From assembly GCA_964188305.1 (NCBI GenBank), contig OZ076902.1: a DNA stretch of 64,000 bases. The stretch is one strand, 5' to 3'. Below the pieces are notes generated by a model, which was not told the origin of the DNA, did no database searches, and was given only the letters and a program-made list of their open reading frames with translations. The DNA comes from Podarcis bocagei. Its lineage: Eukaryota. A program made the position numbers and the translations under genes. Shown piece by piece: positions 1-13,959 of this stretch (position 1 is the first letter of the stretch; the number at the start of each line of letters is the position of its first letter).

Positions 1-1966
1 CCATTGCTTGTGAAAGACATCCAAAGCCTAGGACATATTCTGCTGTACAGATTACAGTGAAGGTGGCATTTCCTGCTTCTTTTCAGATGGAACTTCCAAG
101 GACAGTGCCCCTTTTTAAAAAGAGAAGGACTTGGGAACATGTGCAAAGAATAGCAGCCATTGTCTGTAATCTACCACTGACACAGATTCTTCCTTGCGTC
201 GGTGTCATATTCCTGCAGTTCTAGAATTGGAGTGGAACCAGTTTACGGAACTGCTCTAGTCTGAATCAGCCATCTTAATCTAACTTTTGCAGGTTTGTTC
301 TGGCATCTTGGAATGCCTTTGACACATTCATCTTTGTTTCTTCCAGCAAGGTAGGACGAAGGATTTCGTTACAATTCTGTGTTGGTGATAAAATCTCTTT
401 GCTCAAGGAATGTACTCCTTTGATTGCAGGAAGTGAGGTTTCTCAGGTTTAAAGATCTGGAGAACTGAAATGTCATTTTGTTAGGGTGGCCCAACTGCAT
501 TTTTTAAAATCAAGTATTTAAATATCAGTTTTGTTTTCTTACATGTATGGCATTAGAACCAATTGTATGATCTGATTCTCATTTCCCCCCGATAGGACCC
601 CAACTTACATTGCTGAAAATAAAATCCTGGGAATGCAATCATCTGTGTCTGATGTATGAAGGCCAAAATCATTAGAATCTTTACAGCCACTTCTAGTCGT
701 TATTCTTCATTATATGCAAGTTAATATACATTTGGAATTTTTGTTAAGTCTTGCATGCCATGCAAGGTCCGACCGCGGACCTGCTCACAGGTATGCCCTC
801 CCAACATCTTGCTGGCACTCCTCACCCAACTGCATCTTTCACTTGAAACAGTTGTCACACTTTGCCTAATTGTAGGGCTGGTCCTGCACAAGTGCATATG
901 TCACTGGCTTTTATTTTTCCTCATCTTTAATTACCCAGCGCATTCTGAAGTGCTATCATTCATGCAGGAGAGGAGAAATAAAGCCCAAAGTTGGTGATCA
1001 CCAGCAAAGGTCCATTCTCCGTACCTGTTGCAGCAATACATTTGGTCCTGACTATTTTATAGCCATTTCCCGTTAAACAAAAACAGATCGTAAAGATATT
1101 TGCGAAAGTTCTGCATTTTCAGCACTGCTGCATACTTCCCCTGCTAAGCCCCCCGCCACACTTCTGTTTTTGATAGTTGGGAAGGGAAATCGATAATGCT
1201 CCAACACGGTATTCCCCAGACTTTTATTCTAGACTGTGATAACTATTGTAGCACAAAAATGGGAACCGCCATACAGCTTGCCATACCTCTCTGGCGCAAG
1301 TAGAAATCCCCCTGGTCTTTAATCCAAGGCAGCTGTGTTGACTTGGGTACCCAGTTTTTGCCCTCTATTAGAAAATACAGTAAACATTCCAGCTTTGGGG
1401 TTTTAAGTGAGAATATTGTAAGGCCTTGAGGACAATAGTCTAACCTTTACAAATACATCTTCAAAGAAAACCCTCACCCAACAAAAATAATAGTAATTTT
1501 TTCCAGATTGTGAAATAGCTGACACTTCATATTTTGTGTGTATGTTTAATTTTAATTGTATTTTTTCCTTTATTCTTGTATGTCATCAAACTATGTTTTT
1601 AATTATGTTTTAACTGTTCAATATGTCTTAACAGTTTTTAATTCTGAATTTTAAATGGCTGGTAACCCCGTCCTTGCTGGTGAAGGGCGGGCAACAAATT
1701 TAGTAATAATGTTAATAATATATAAAAAAGAAAGCTTTTATTGAATATATGGGAAATAACTGTACAGCGGAAAATGCTGGCAGCATTAAGATAAATTCAA
1801 CAGTGTAAATAAGTTATGATGGATGTATTAATGGAATACTGAATGGTATAGTTTCTGTAAAATATGCAGGGATTTATGATACCATGTAAAATGAACCATG
1901 GAAAGAAGGGAACTCACTGATATCTTAAGGATGTAAGAATGAGTACTTCAAATTGCAAAACAGAAA

Positions 1967-1972
<6 letters not shown>

Positions 1973-2021
<49 letters not shown>

Positions 2022-2100
2022 TTTCGTAGGTTTCCTTATTATATATATATAAAATAATATATATATAATAAAATTTATATATATATAAATTTATAATAAT
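1973..2100. repeat. (TA)n microsatellite and AT-only palindromic tract
   Basis: Direct reading. Confidence 0.9.
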
Positions 2101-2189
2101 ACACACACATGTTCTTAAAGGCACTATAAAATTCTTGTTGCTGATTGGTTTTCTTTTGTCGGAATTCGCCTCATAATGAACGCTTCCCT

Positions 2190-2917
2190 CAGTGTCGCTG
2201 CGAAAGAAGGAGCCATCCTCTCAAGGCGTTGGGACGCGAGGAGAAGGAAAAAGGAACTTTTTATTTTAATTTCATTTTAGTCCGCGTGGAGAGGCGATAG
2301 TGGCCAGCTCCCTTCAGCCCTGAGCCGAGAAGCAACACGGCCGCCGCCACCTGCCTCGGGAAGAAGACGAGGAGACGCGCCCCCGACCCGCCTCCCACCG
2401 TTTCCGCCTCAGGAGGAGCGTCGAGGCAGGAGGCCGCCCTCGCTTGCGCTCCTTCCCGCCCTCCATCGCTTCCCCCACCGGGCTCCTCCTTCTCCTCCTT
2501 CCCCCGCCCCGCCCTTCGGTGTGTGGCCCCGGCCGCCATGTTGTTGTGGTTGTGAGGAGGGAGGCGGAGGCGCCGAGCCGCAGAGCCGAGGGGAAGGCGG
2601 CGGCAGAAGCAGCAGCGACGACGACGCCGAGGGGAAGCCGAGCGACCACCCCCCTCCGAGCCGCCGCCGCCGCGCCCCGTTGGGGGGTGGGGAGGAGGGA
2701 CCCTCGCCATGGCCGGCCGCTGCCACCGCCGTTGGGTAAGGAGGAGGAAGAGAGACGGCCGAGGAAGAGCAGCAGTAGCAGCAGCCCGAATGGGAAGGGA
2801 GAAGGACGGCTGAGGAGCGGGGCCGGGGCCTGGCGTCTTATTCCTCAGGCAGCTGCGGCCTGGCGTATTCCGGAGTTGGGCCTTTTTCTCGGGCCGGAGG
2901 GGGGCGAGAGAGAGGAG
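2190..2917 (+). promoter_or_regulatory. MTMR3: CpG island promoter of MTMR3 (runs into an N gap)
   Basis: Very GC/CpG-rich stretch against an AT-rich background. Tandem GC boxes CCCCGCCCCGCCC at ~2502-2514, YY1-type motif GCCGCCATGTTG at 2532-2543, inverted CCAAT (ATTGG) at 2144-2148. Confidence 0.85.
2520..2735 (+). other. MTMR3: MTMR3 non-coding exon 1 (5' UTR; TSS approximate)
   Basis: Donor TGG|GTAAGG at 2736 inside the CpG island, downstream of the GC boxes and YY1 motif. Confidence 0.7.
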
Positions 2918-3117
2918 NNNNNNNNNNNNNNNNNNNNNNNNNNNNNNNNNNNNNNNNNNNNNNNNNNNNNNNNNNNNNNNNNNNNNNNNNNNNNNNNNNN
3001 NNNNNNNNNNNNNNNNNNNNNNNNNNNNNNNNNNNNNNNNNNNNNNNNNNNNNNNNNNNNNNNNNNNNNNNNNNNNNNNNNNNNNNNNNNNNNNNNNNNN
3101 NNNNNNNNNNNNNNNNN
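2918..3117. other. Assembly gap (200 N)
   Basis: Direct reading. Confidence 1.
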
Positions 3118-5650
3118 TTGGAGTTGACACTGGATACAACCGTGTGTGTGTGTACTATCTCATATAGGGATAACAGCTCTGTAAGGTAGGTCAGTGTTAT
3201 TGTGAATGGGGGTGAGGCAGGTCATGGGACAGAATAACTGCTAGCCTAAGCCCGCCTGATGAGTTTGTGGCCAAGGTGAAAACTGAATCTGGACTCTTCT
3301 GTCTTGCTTAGGAGCATGAAGCCTGCTCCTGTGCCTCTTTTTATTCTGGAGTAAAGCCCACTGAATTCAGTAGGGCTTACCCCCATAAATAAGTGGGTAA
3401 ATTTACTTGAAAGTAAGGCTTGCTGTATTCTGTGGGACGTAGTTTCAAGGAAGCGTACACGGGTCCCAAATTTTGGCCTCTTAACTCTTGCTCAACTGCA
3501 TGGGACATTTGAGGAACATAAACATACGTGTAAGTAAATGCAAGGTGTACTTGGCTTCCCTTTGGCTGGGTGCACCCATGTTTTAGGCCTGAGACCAATT
3601 TGTGTGGCAGAAGATTGAGTTTGTTACCCCCCCTTTCCTCCCATATTGTGTGTTTCTCCTTTTCCCTTTTAACCCTAGATCTGATATTTTGGTTTTTTCC
3701 TCACCTTCCTGTATGTTGTCTTCCTGCCCCCGGTTTAATGTTATCATCAGCACACAGTCATCTTTGTTCTCCACAATAATTAATATCCAAAGTAACTCCC
3801 AATTTATGCTTCCATCCTTGCCATCACCATGCAGATTAGACCACACTGAAAAGGGTGTACAGAAAATCCACCCATTTGTGTCTCTGTAATCTGCTATGAG
3901 TATGATTTGGTGATTGAAGCAGTGCTGTAAATAACCACTTACCAGGTTACCTGTGGCAAGTGTAAATTGCCTCTGGAGACTAGCAAAGGAGCATGACAAA
4001 AGTTGGCTCTTAATATTGTGAAGACCACAAATGACTAGACACAAAGATGTGTGCCCTTACTGGGTTTGGGTTAACTTTTGTAGATTTTGATATGCAAGCT
4101 AAAGGGATACTGGGGGAGCATTTAATCTCTTTTAAGTGATCTTGGGAATGTCCTCAGGTGAGACCTTTTAACAGAGTCATGGGACTCTGTTTTTACCTTT
4201 TCTGATGCAAGTTGTGTTGGAGACTATGTTCCATTTGTGGTGTTCTAGATATGGGGTGTGGTGTGCCCTGCTGAATTGGGTAGACACTGTTATGTGATTG
4301 CTTGCAGGTTTACAGGAGCTCGACTTGAGTTTGGTTCTGGACTTGAAGCAGTTCTTTCATCTTGAAAGTTGGCAGTGGTTGCTAATTTCAGGTTTTCTTG
4401 CATATAATATACTGTTGCTGGAATTTGTTGTTTTTGAAGGCCATTTCATTCTATACTTGTTACTATAAGCTTCACAATCTCTTCCAGATCTGTCTGTCTA
4501 GCTGTAAAGGAGGATTTTTTCCAAAATCATTCACCACCAGCACAATCCTAACCATGTCTACTCAGAAGGAAGTTCTATTGCATTCAGTGGGGCTTACTTC
4601 CAAGTAAGTGCAGCTAGGATTGCAGCCACAGATGTTTCTATATTTTTGCTTGGGAGCTGAAGGGATGGTGCTGGTGTTACCACAATGGTCTTGAGTGATT
4701 CAATTGTACAGTATTTCTAAGGCTGCAGTCTTATGCACACTGACCAGAGTGTTAGCCTAATTCAACAAAGTGACACTTCCAACTAAACAAGCATAGGATT
4801 GAGCGGCAGGCTTCAAGTTCAATGGAAATCTGTCAATTAACTAATGGACATCCCTTGGAAATTCAACTTCAGATCTAAGTGACCAGTGCCCTTTAAAAGC
4901 TGTATTGTGCTGAGAAAACATGTGGGATAGAGAAGGCCCGGCTTTCCCTCCCTTGTCCAGTGTCCACCATGAGTGGAATGTGTATGTGAAGATGGGGGTT
5001 GCTTGCCCTGGGCTGCCAGGAAGGTATTGGATATATCCACTGTGTAGGAGCATACTATTTAAATGTCCAACATTGCTTCCACATTATCTTATCTCTACTA
5101 CTTATTGTGACATGATGAATGGTCAGTGCTGCTTCACTCCTCCTCCATCTGCTGCGTCATTAATCCAGAACTGGAATGTGTTCTATCAGTACTTTACATA
5201 TGGATACATGGAGGGGTTTGAATATTTCAGAAGTGTAGGTGAAGTGGAACATCAGAGTGATGAAAAGTACTGAGTGTTGTATGGAAAGATTTCTCAAAGT
5301 TTCATGTGACAGAGGGCAGGTAGATATAGGAACATTGCCAGGTTTTGAAGGAGTAATGATATATGGCAACTCCCCTCCCTGTGCCTAATGCCCTCCACTT
5401 GTTGTGGACTACAACTCTCATCATTCCCAGTCATTGACCATGCAGGTTGGGACTGATGGGAGTTAGGCTCCAAAAAAACTATCTGGAGGGAACAGTTGGG
5501 GAATGTTAATACAGTATGTGGAATTTGATAACTGCCTTGTGTGGAGTAGGCACATAGCTTCAGGTGGTTGGGTATTTATTGGTTAGTAGAAGACTGAAGA
5601 ATGGAACTACAGTCTGCTGTGTCATTTTGTGTGGCAGCAAGCAAAGCATC

Positions 5651-5986
5651 TCCTAAGACGAAATTAATTCGTTGTGCGAGTTTTTTCATCTTGTGATTTT
5701 TTTCGTCTTGCGAAGCATGGTTTCCCAAAGTCTTCAAAATCACCAAAGTCTTCAAAAACCTAAAAAAAGGCTACCATACCGCGTGCTATGAGTTGCTCCT
5801 CGAAGTCACCCTGGGTATTAACGGTTTTAAGAAAAAGGAAACAAACTTGCAAGACGTTTTCGTTTTTCGTCTTGCGAAGCAAGCCCATAGGGAAATCCGT
5901 CTTGCGAAGCAACTCAAAAAACGAAAAACTCTTTCGTCTTGCGAGTTTTTCGTCTTCTGAGGCATTCGTCTTGTGAGGTACCACTG
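5651..5986 (-). mobile_element. Truncated Tc1-mariner/pogo (Tigger-like) MITE, same family as 37546-37941
   Basis: Right end GAGGTACCACTG-TA with repeated TTCGTCTTGCG motifs; other TIR missing. Confidence 0.7.
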
Positions 5987-6886
5987 TATTGCCATGCTAA
6001 GCTGTGTATTGAGACTGTAAACTGCAGAGGTGTTAAGGCAAGGGGGGAAGCCAAGATTAATGCAAAAGAGATACTTAATGTTCAAGGACAACATTGCAGG
6101 TGGTTGTTATGCATACGAGAATAAATAATCAAGTATGAGGAAAGAAGGCACTCCACCTTTGATACTTCAGGTAAATTTTGCAGCTTGTTAAAGAATGATT
6201 CCAGCTGCTTTTAAACTGCTTGCACTAGGTGTGCTTAATGGATTTGACTAAAGTTTTAAATCCTCAAAAATTATGTTACTAAGTTTTGGATTTTCCCAGA
6301 ACATGGGAAGTTGCATTATGCAGAGTCTATTTCAGATGGGTTTCAGGGAGGAGTCTTTCTTAGTCCTAGTTGAAGATATTGAGGATTGAACCTGGGATCT
6401 TTCACATCCAAAGCATGTGCACTACTACTGAGCTGTGGCCCTGAGTAAATCCCATGAAGATGCTTTGCAGCTCACTGGCTATAAAATAGCAAACACTGTT
6501 GTTACAGGGAAGATTTGCCACTTGGCTTTTTGTACCATGTTTAGGGCTTTAGGCAGGTTTTAGCAATATCTGTTGCTTGAGATGGCTAGTAGTAGTGGGT
6601 TTGTGCATACCTGAATCAGAACCTTGTTTATGGCACACAAAATTTATTTTCCAGAAAAATATCCTGTAGAAAACAAGAGTCATCTATTTTCACAAAAGTA
6701 AAACCAACCAGCCAACCAACCTGTATGCATAACTTGTACAAGCTGGCATGCTGTATGCCATGGGTAGCCAAAGTGGTGCCCTGCAGATGTTTTGGACTAC
6801 AACTCACATCCCTTATCATTGGATTTGCTGCTGGGAGCTGTAGTCCAAAACATTTGCAGGGTACCATGTTGGCTAGCTCTGTTGTA

Positions 6887-7158
6887 TTTTTTAAAAAATA
6901 ATTTTTATTAACAGGCCAATCAAATCACATTAATTCCAAATCACATTAGTTCCAAATTATACAGCCAATTTTTAAAAATTTTGTTGGGGGTACCCATACT
7001 TCGAGCTCTGAAAGGGATCCAAACATCACTCTTGCTGCTGCTTTAATGACACAATTCTGTCCAGTTCTGTCCAGATAGTCTCTTTGTTATTTTCCTCATC
7101 TTGTTGTTGTTATCATATATTCCTTTCTTTGTGATCTCTGATAATCTTCACAAGCGGG
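6887..7158 (-). mobile_element. 5'-truncated retroposed insertion (L1-like 3' end)
   Basis: Flanked by 17-bp direct repeat TGGCTAGCTCTGTTGTA (6870-6886, 7159-7175); A/T-rich tail with AATAAA on minus strand. Confidence 0.7.
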
Positions 7159-8030
7159 TGGCTAGCTCTGTTGTAAGCCATACAGTGTAGCATATCACCT
7201 GGCACCAGAATTCCTCACTGAGGGAGAAGAGGACTGAAAGTGAATAAAAGAATCATGCCATACTTTCATTTAGATCATACAGGACTTTCTTATGGTATCA
7301 GCGATGCAGACGTTTGTTTAGTTTGTTCCAGTTTACCAATCTTTCCTCCAGTTTATTTGCACAAACTTGAGGCTGTTAGCTTGGATGCCAGAATAACTTG
7401 GGGTTGCCAACACACAAGGGAGGGAAAGGGAGCCTTCTCTGCCCAGGCTCCAATGTGCACTTCTTATTTATTTATTCATTTATTTATTTCATTTATGACT
7501 CACTTCCCAAGAAACATCCTAACATCAAAAACATAAACAATTTCAAATTTAATACAAATTGGGATAAAAATCCCCACTTAAAAGTCTTGTTGAAAAAGGA
7601 AGATCTGAAAAGACAGTAGTAGGACTGCTCCTTTCTGACATGTAACAGGAGGGAGCTCCAAAGGGTAGGTGCTGCCATACTAAATTCCTGATTTCTACCT
7701 TGTATAGAACAGCCCCTGTGATGAGATGATCATGGTTTGAGTCAACCAGTTTAGGACCCAGGGTGTGAGCTTCCAGGCAAACCATTGCTTGTAGCTGTGT
7801 TTCCTTTAATTTCCAGTACACTAAGCACTTCACAAGTTGATTCCTGTCTCTGGAAGCAGTGGTGTGATTGTGTAACTATGGTTTGTCAGTTCAGATATCA
7901 TGCCCATTATTCATTAATTATGTGTGATGCCAGAATTGAACCCTATGCTGAACTTTGAAAATAAGTTTCTCCTGTAAGAGAGAATTTTGCTTCTTGTATG
8001 GCTAATACAGTATACACATACTGACTAGAG

Positions 8031-8163
8031 AAGCCTTTCTCAAACTTGAGTCCCCAGATGTTCGACTAAAACTCTCATCATTCCTAGCCAGCATGGCCAG
8101 TGGTCAGGGATGATGGGAGTTGTAGTTCAAGAACATCTGGGAACCCAAGGTTGAGAAAGGCTA
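8031..8163. mobile_element. Short palindromic hAT-type MITE
   Basis: TIR AGCCTTTCTCAA/TTGAGAAAGGCT; 8-bp TSD GACTAGAG. Confidence 0.8.
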
Positions 8164-11100
8164 GACTAGAGTGTTGTGTTTCAGGTCGGTTATCATAAGG
8201 GGAAAAGAAAGATGAGACTCGTTGCTTCATTCTCTTTCCTAGGTGATTTTTGGTCCATAAGCAAATCACATCCTGGGTAGGATATTTTATTAGGGATGTG
8301 ATGATGTAATCAGATCTCAAGAAAGTCTTTTAAGGAGTGCAGAATCCTAGGCAAACATTTTAGCTAAGGTGTTCCTCATAGAGGAGAACATGCTTCTAGC
8401 TGATCTGAACACTTTAAAGTATGCGTTTGTGACTTTACACCCAGGAGCACAGCATATAATTCTCACTGTTCTGTAAAGTGCTTGTCTGTGCATTGTGACA
8501 TCATCTGATTTAAAATGGGGAGAGGGAAGCTGTTATTCCAAATTCCATTTTCAGAGTCTGGGAATAATAGCCTCAACTGGTATTTGCACATGTATTTTCC
8601 TGCTTGTACAAGCCAGGCAAGTAGGCTTTGTTTGTCATATCATGTTTTTAAAGACTTGAGATCTCAGGAATCTCCAGTTAGAGTGGGAAACAATTCTGTG
8701 TGGAACCCTGGGGAGAGACTGTTACTCTGAGTAGACAGTATTGAATTTGGTGGACTAGTGGTCTGACTTGGTTTAAGGGAAGTGGTTCCTGCCTTCTGTT
8801 AACTGCCCTATGCATGGCAAGTGGAAGCTATAGTGTTGACCAGGAGATCATGTCTAATTACCTGGGAGGGGAATGAAAATGCTATAAAAATGTACTGGGG
8901 TAAAGTATATTTTCTTTAATCCCAATTCAGTCCTTCACTCTCATTTTTTTGCATGGTTGTTTGTTTAAAATAAACAATCAAGCAAATTGGGAGGCATGCT
9001 AACAATTTAAACATTAGCCAAAACATTACATCCAGAAACGGAAAAAAATTAGTTATATCATAGTCCCCTCTGAACTGGGAAGCATGAGCCCTGTCTGAAA
9101 AGGCCCTGTTGATTTACCTGCAGCCTAAGGCCTCTGCTGCTGCCAGCTGCCTGCATACCATTCCCTTTTCGCAAGCTTACTCTTGGGGGTAAGGATAGCA
9201 ACAGAGAGGGCTTGTGGCTTTGAAGACCTCAGACATGATGCTGAGGGAATGCTTATTACTGCCAGGAAGCATTGGAAATGCAGTTTCTATTATTTTGTAA
9301 TGTAGTGAACGCTCTACATTTAACACTGGAAGCATCAGGAACTAAATCCCCCATGTTTCCTTGTGTCAGACTGGGAGGTGTCCCTGCTGTCAGCATCCCC
9401 TTCTCATCTCCATGCAAGAGTAAGTGTGAGGAAGGGGCTGGAGGGGCTGCTTTGATGGCACTGAATCTGAACCCCTAGGTCTTTGGCAGGGACTTGGAGT
9501 GGGGGGAAATTCTTGCACTTTCCATTCCAAAGTTTCACATTGCAACTGTGCAAGATCTCTAACTGGCTGAAGGCAAATGCCGTGGTTATCTTAAAAATGG
9601 GAGGGTCCATGGAATTGTGTGCTTCCTAGAGATAATGAATAAGCTTGGCAAGTAGAACAAAAAAGCAGCTTAAGCTTATAAACAAGCTGAGCAGTTCCTA
9701 GCAGTCTACAGTTTTGAAGAGCATTTTTATAAAGAGCAAACGGTGTCACCTTAATTCAGCTTTCTCTGTTGGTATGGTAAATTGTTTGACTGAGGGTAAC
9801 ACACTAGATTGAAAGCATTCATACATCTATTTGATGACATTCATGAATTATAAATTGGAGAAATATATTTTAGAGCATTAGGTTGGGCTGTTGGAGAACT
9901 TCGCTAATAATTCATTATTGGTGTACAACAAGATTTGGCTGGGATCTGCTTAGTCAATTCTAGTCACTTTTATTAGTCACCTAGATGAAGGGTGTGACAT
10001 AGGCTTGGCTCTCACTGTGGTGGTAAGCTTGTCTCTGGATGTGGCACTTCAGACAGGTGCGGCTCACGTAATGAAATGCTGCTCCAGGTATATATAATAG
10101 ATAATACTGTATCCTTGCACATTGAAAACTAGGGAGACTGGTTCTAGCCTTAGCCTAGCCTTCTCTCCCATTTCCTAGTTTTCTGTGCAGAGTGGGTATT
10201 TTGTATGGAGAAGCATTCCATCATGTGAGCCCATACCTGTGGTCTAAAACAGAACAGCTCACGTTCAGGTCAACCACCTCAGTAGAAACAAGACCTAAGA
10301 AGGGCTGATTTAGAATTCAAAGTTTATATTGGCCAGTTAAAGCACTTGCTTGGAAACCAAAGACAAATGCCAAGTTGTTACTGACCTCAAAATAGAGGAA
10401 TTTATAAACTGGTGGATAGCCGGGGGGGGGGGGGGGAGAGACGGGGACGAATCCACAACGCGACAGTGACAACAGAAAATGCAAATTCAGTTTTGAGGTG
10501 CAATAACAAATATGGCATACAGATTAAATTGTGTACCTTCCATTGATTAAGCAGTATTCTGTCAATTTTTGTGAAAGATATACAACTAAGTAGAATAGTT
10601 GCGAACGCACAACACAGAGTTTCCTAAAGCTAGTTACCATATTTTTTTAGAGAAGATTGAAGAGGTGGGTTGAAATCACAAGATAGGGTGTTCCAAATGC
10701 TTAATAAATGGCTGTTATAATGTGTATCTGCTTGCTTGTGAGTATAGATTACCCTTAGGCAAGCAAGCAGTTATTGGGAATGAATTTCCCTTCTCCTCCC
10801 CTTGCTCCTAGCTAATGTGCCGCAAACAACTTACGGTACTTTGTAATGCCTTAACAGGTGAACAGTAAAAATTATGGTGGGCTAGTAATTTTGGGAGTCT
10901 TATTTGCAAAGCTTTTATAATTGGAACCCCTTCTTCCTTTGGCACTAGGACTGTCACAAGTCCCATAATGAAAGTTCTAATATGCAAATATCTTGTCTGA
11001 TTTGTGGGAAGGGAATACTGTACCTATTTCTTGTTTCTGTGCCTGTCTTTAATTTGTAACCCTTTACCAGCTACATTTCATGCTGGAAGTGGAGTACTCT

Positions 11101-13734
11101 TTTAGTTCATCATCATAATAAATAAAAAAAATGGTCTTCCTTGTTTGCTCTAAACATAAACGTCATATGAAGTTATGAACTTTCTCTGGTATAGTCTATT
11201 GGTTAAAGTAATATATGTTGTAACTTAATTTTCTAAACTTAATTTTAACTTAAGTAACTTAATTTTCTCTTATGTTCCTGATAAATTAATAGATAAAAGG
11301 AACCAATTACCTTGACTTAAAAAAGAACATTGAGGATGCTGAAGGGATCTAGAAGACATATGAAGAAAGGCTGAAGGAACTGTGAGTTTAGCTCATAAAG
11401 GATTTTTCTACCTTTGTGGGGACTTGTTTGTGAGGCTGTTATAATGTTGACTGTTGTCAAATACATATCCAAAAACTACAGAAAAAGCTATTTAAATTTT
11501 GCACTGAAGATCGGCTAAGAAGCAGTAGGTTTAAACTACAGGAAGCTAGACTGAAAATGGAGGAGGGAGTTTTACAGCAGCAACAGCAAGATGATAATTC
11601 ATTACTTAAGAGAATGTGGAATTTACAATCATTTAGTAGGTTTAGACAAGATGGTATTGTGTCCCTGTCAGTTATGATTCTACAGATTTACTTTAGTTTT
11701 TTTTAAAATTAAACAAATGTACTCTGCTGGAGAACAAATTGGGTGCCTTTAGATATTTACTGTATTTCTGTTTAAATAGGAAGGTTTATGTTGCTGACAG
11801 CCAACCTTTTAAGCAAGCGTGCTACAGGTACAGCATTCCAGTTTTCATGTAAAACCCAAGCCAAGGATGAAAACTACAGAACCAGCTTCTTGGATCTTGC
11901 TTGGTCACTACACTCTCACCCGCTGGAGCAAATGAAAAATCTTGCTTTCATTTGGTACAGTTGGCGTTTACTATAGCTGTGTTATAGGCTGCTAGTAGCT
12001 CTAACTTATTATGGCTGCATTCCCCCCCCCCCCGCCCCCGGTATACAGTCTTACTTGTCAAAAGTAGGCTTTGGTCAACTACATGCATTTTGTCTTAAGT
12101 TACTGGTCTCTTTCTACTTGTTGATGTTGACATGAGCCTAGGCAGAAAAGAAAAGTGTGGTTCTTCCAAGGGCACTAATAACTGCAAGAGAATTCCCTTG
12201 TACGTACCGTAATCAATTTTAAGAAGTGCTTTCATTGGTGAGAAATGAGAATTTCAGCACCTGTGTGTTTACTGCAGAAATTCCGGAACTTTTTAAAGTC
12301 AGCAGAGTCAGAGTTACATTCTGCAGCCTTCTGGAGAACACCTAAGTTGGGAGGGAACCAAAGGATGAAGTATAAAGTATTTTTGGAACAAATGTGAAAT
12401 TTACCCAGAGCACATTTAAACTCCATAATGAATTCACTGTTACAGTTCTGTAAGGTATACTTGTTCAAAATGGAAAATTGAGTGTTTTTAGTATTTTATT
12501 GTCCTGCATATTTCTATTGTATTATTTGTGCAACTGCTTCCAGGTTGCATAAGTAAGACTGATAGGTACAGGTTTGTTTATATTAAATCTGTGAATTGTG
12601 AAGTCAGTTTTGATTCATATCAATTTAATGCCACCACAGTAATACAAAATATTGTCCACTCGCTAAATAAATTGTTTACAATTTGTAATACAGTTCTGTT
12701 TGCTCAGAATGTCTGGGGCTGTTACCTAGTTGTACCCATTCCTATTAAGTCCTTAACTTGAGCGTGATAAGGGCCAGCCCTTCGGCAATTCTGTTCCTGG
12801 AACCGGCACCCACCCAGCCATCATGTGTGGAATCACTGGTTTTCATTCTCATGCTTGCAAAAGGATCTCACAATCTTGATCATCTATACCAGCTCCCTTA
12901 ACTCAAGGTTTTAAAATCCCTTGTTCCAGCTTGGCTTGGGGGGAACGTAAACTCCCTGAAAAATTGATATGTTAGTATGTAGGACTTCAAAATATTGATT
13001 CACCATTTCAAAGAGCTAGTACTGCAAAAGCTGGTATGGTTTCTAGGAATTTGAAATATCTTTCTCTTCCTCCATCATGTTCACTCTTGCCCTTATCATT
13101 GCTGTTGCATTCTTTTTTGAAGAATGGTATGCTGGTTTACAGTCTTTTAAAAAAGTGACTCATGAGGAAAAGGGGGAAAGCTTAGGAGAGATAGGTACAT
13201 CCTTGATTTCTTCAGTGGACTGGGGGTTTATTAATATAAGAAATGAAAGGCAGAGTGTCCAGATTGATGGCCATGTCCCCTCACAGCACAGGAAGTCTCA
13301 TAAAAGACACAAGAAGCAGCAGCAGATCATCTTAATCTATAGGGAGAAATTCCTCTAAGTCTCAGTCCCCAGCACTGCAGCTCTCTGCAGGCAGTGCTTG
13401 AAGAAGAATGTTACTGTACTTAGGAAACATGTCTCTTAACATGTCTGTAGACTACTACTCCATGTTCAGAGAACAATCTCTCCCATGAATGGTAGGGGAG
13501 TGGGGGGTAATCTTAACATGTGATAATATAACCATTTCTTACAGCAGCTCTGCTGGTATTCTGCCAGAAGCTGCTGTTTGTCCTGTGGGGCTGGCTCAGT
13601 AGCTAACACTAGAACACAGGAGAGCAAAGTATACGTAACTTGGATCATTTAGTTAGGATAGTTGCGTTTTCAAGGGATCAGTGGAGACAAGATGAGTTTT
13701 TCCAGAAACGAAATTTTATTGAGAAACTCTACAG

Positions 13735-13959
13735 CAGGGATGTCCAACTTCCAAGAGACTGTGATCTACTCCCACTATAAAAAAACTGGAAGTGATCTAC
13801 CCATTGGATTGACCAAGTTGTTGAGCTTTTCTGGGAGAGGATGAACCAAAGTTTTTGAGCTCCCCCGCCTCGGGTAATTGATTGCTCGGGATCACGGGAT
13901 CAACCAGGGGCGCCCTGCGATAGACCAGTAGATTGGGATCAATGTTTTGGACACCCCTG
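13735..13959. mobile_element. hAT-type MITE
   Basis: TIR CAGGGATGTCCAA/TTGGACACCCCTG; degenerate 8-bp TSD CTCTACAG/TTCTGCAG. Confidence 0.7.

Noticed and set aside
1-1400. Possible exons of an upstream neighbour (ASCC2 in human synteny); ~55 open codons on minus strand near 280-445
   Set aside because: No recognisable peptide and no consistent splice sites and phases.
2261-3139. Several long ORFs on both strands over the CpG island
   Set aside because: Low-complexity GC-rich frames lacking stops by composition, partly extended through N runs; no recognisable protein.
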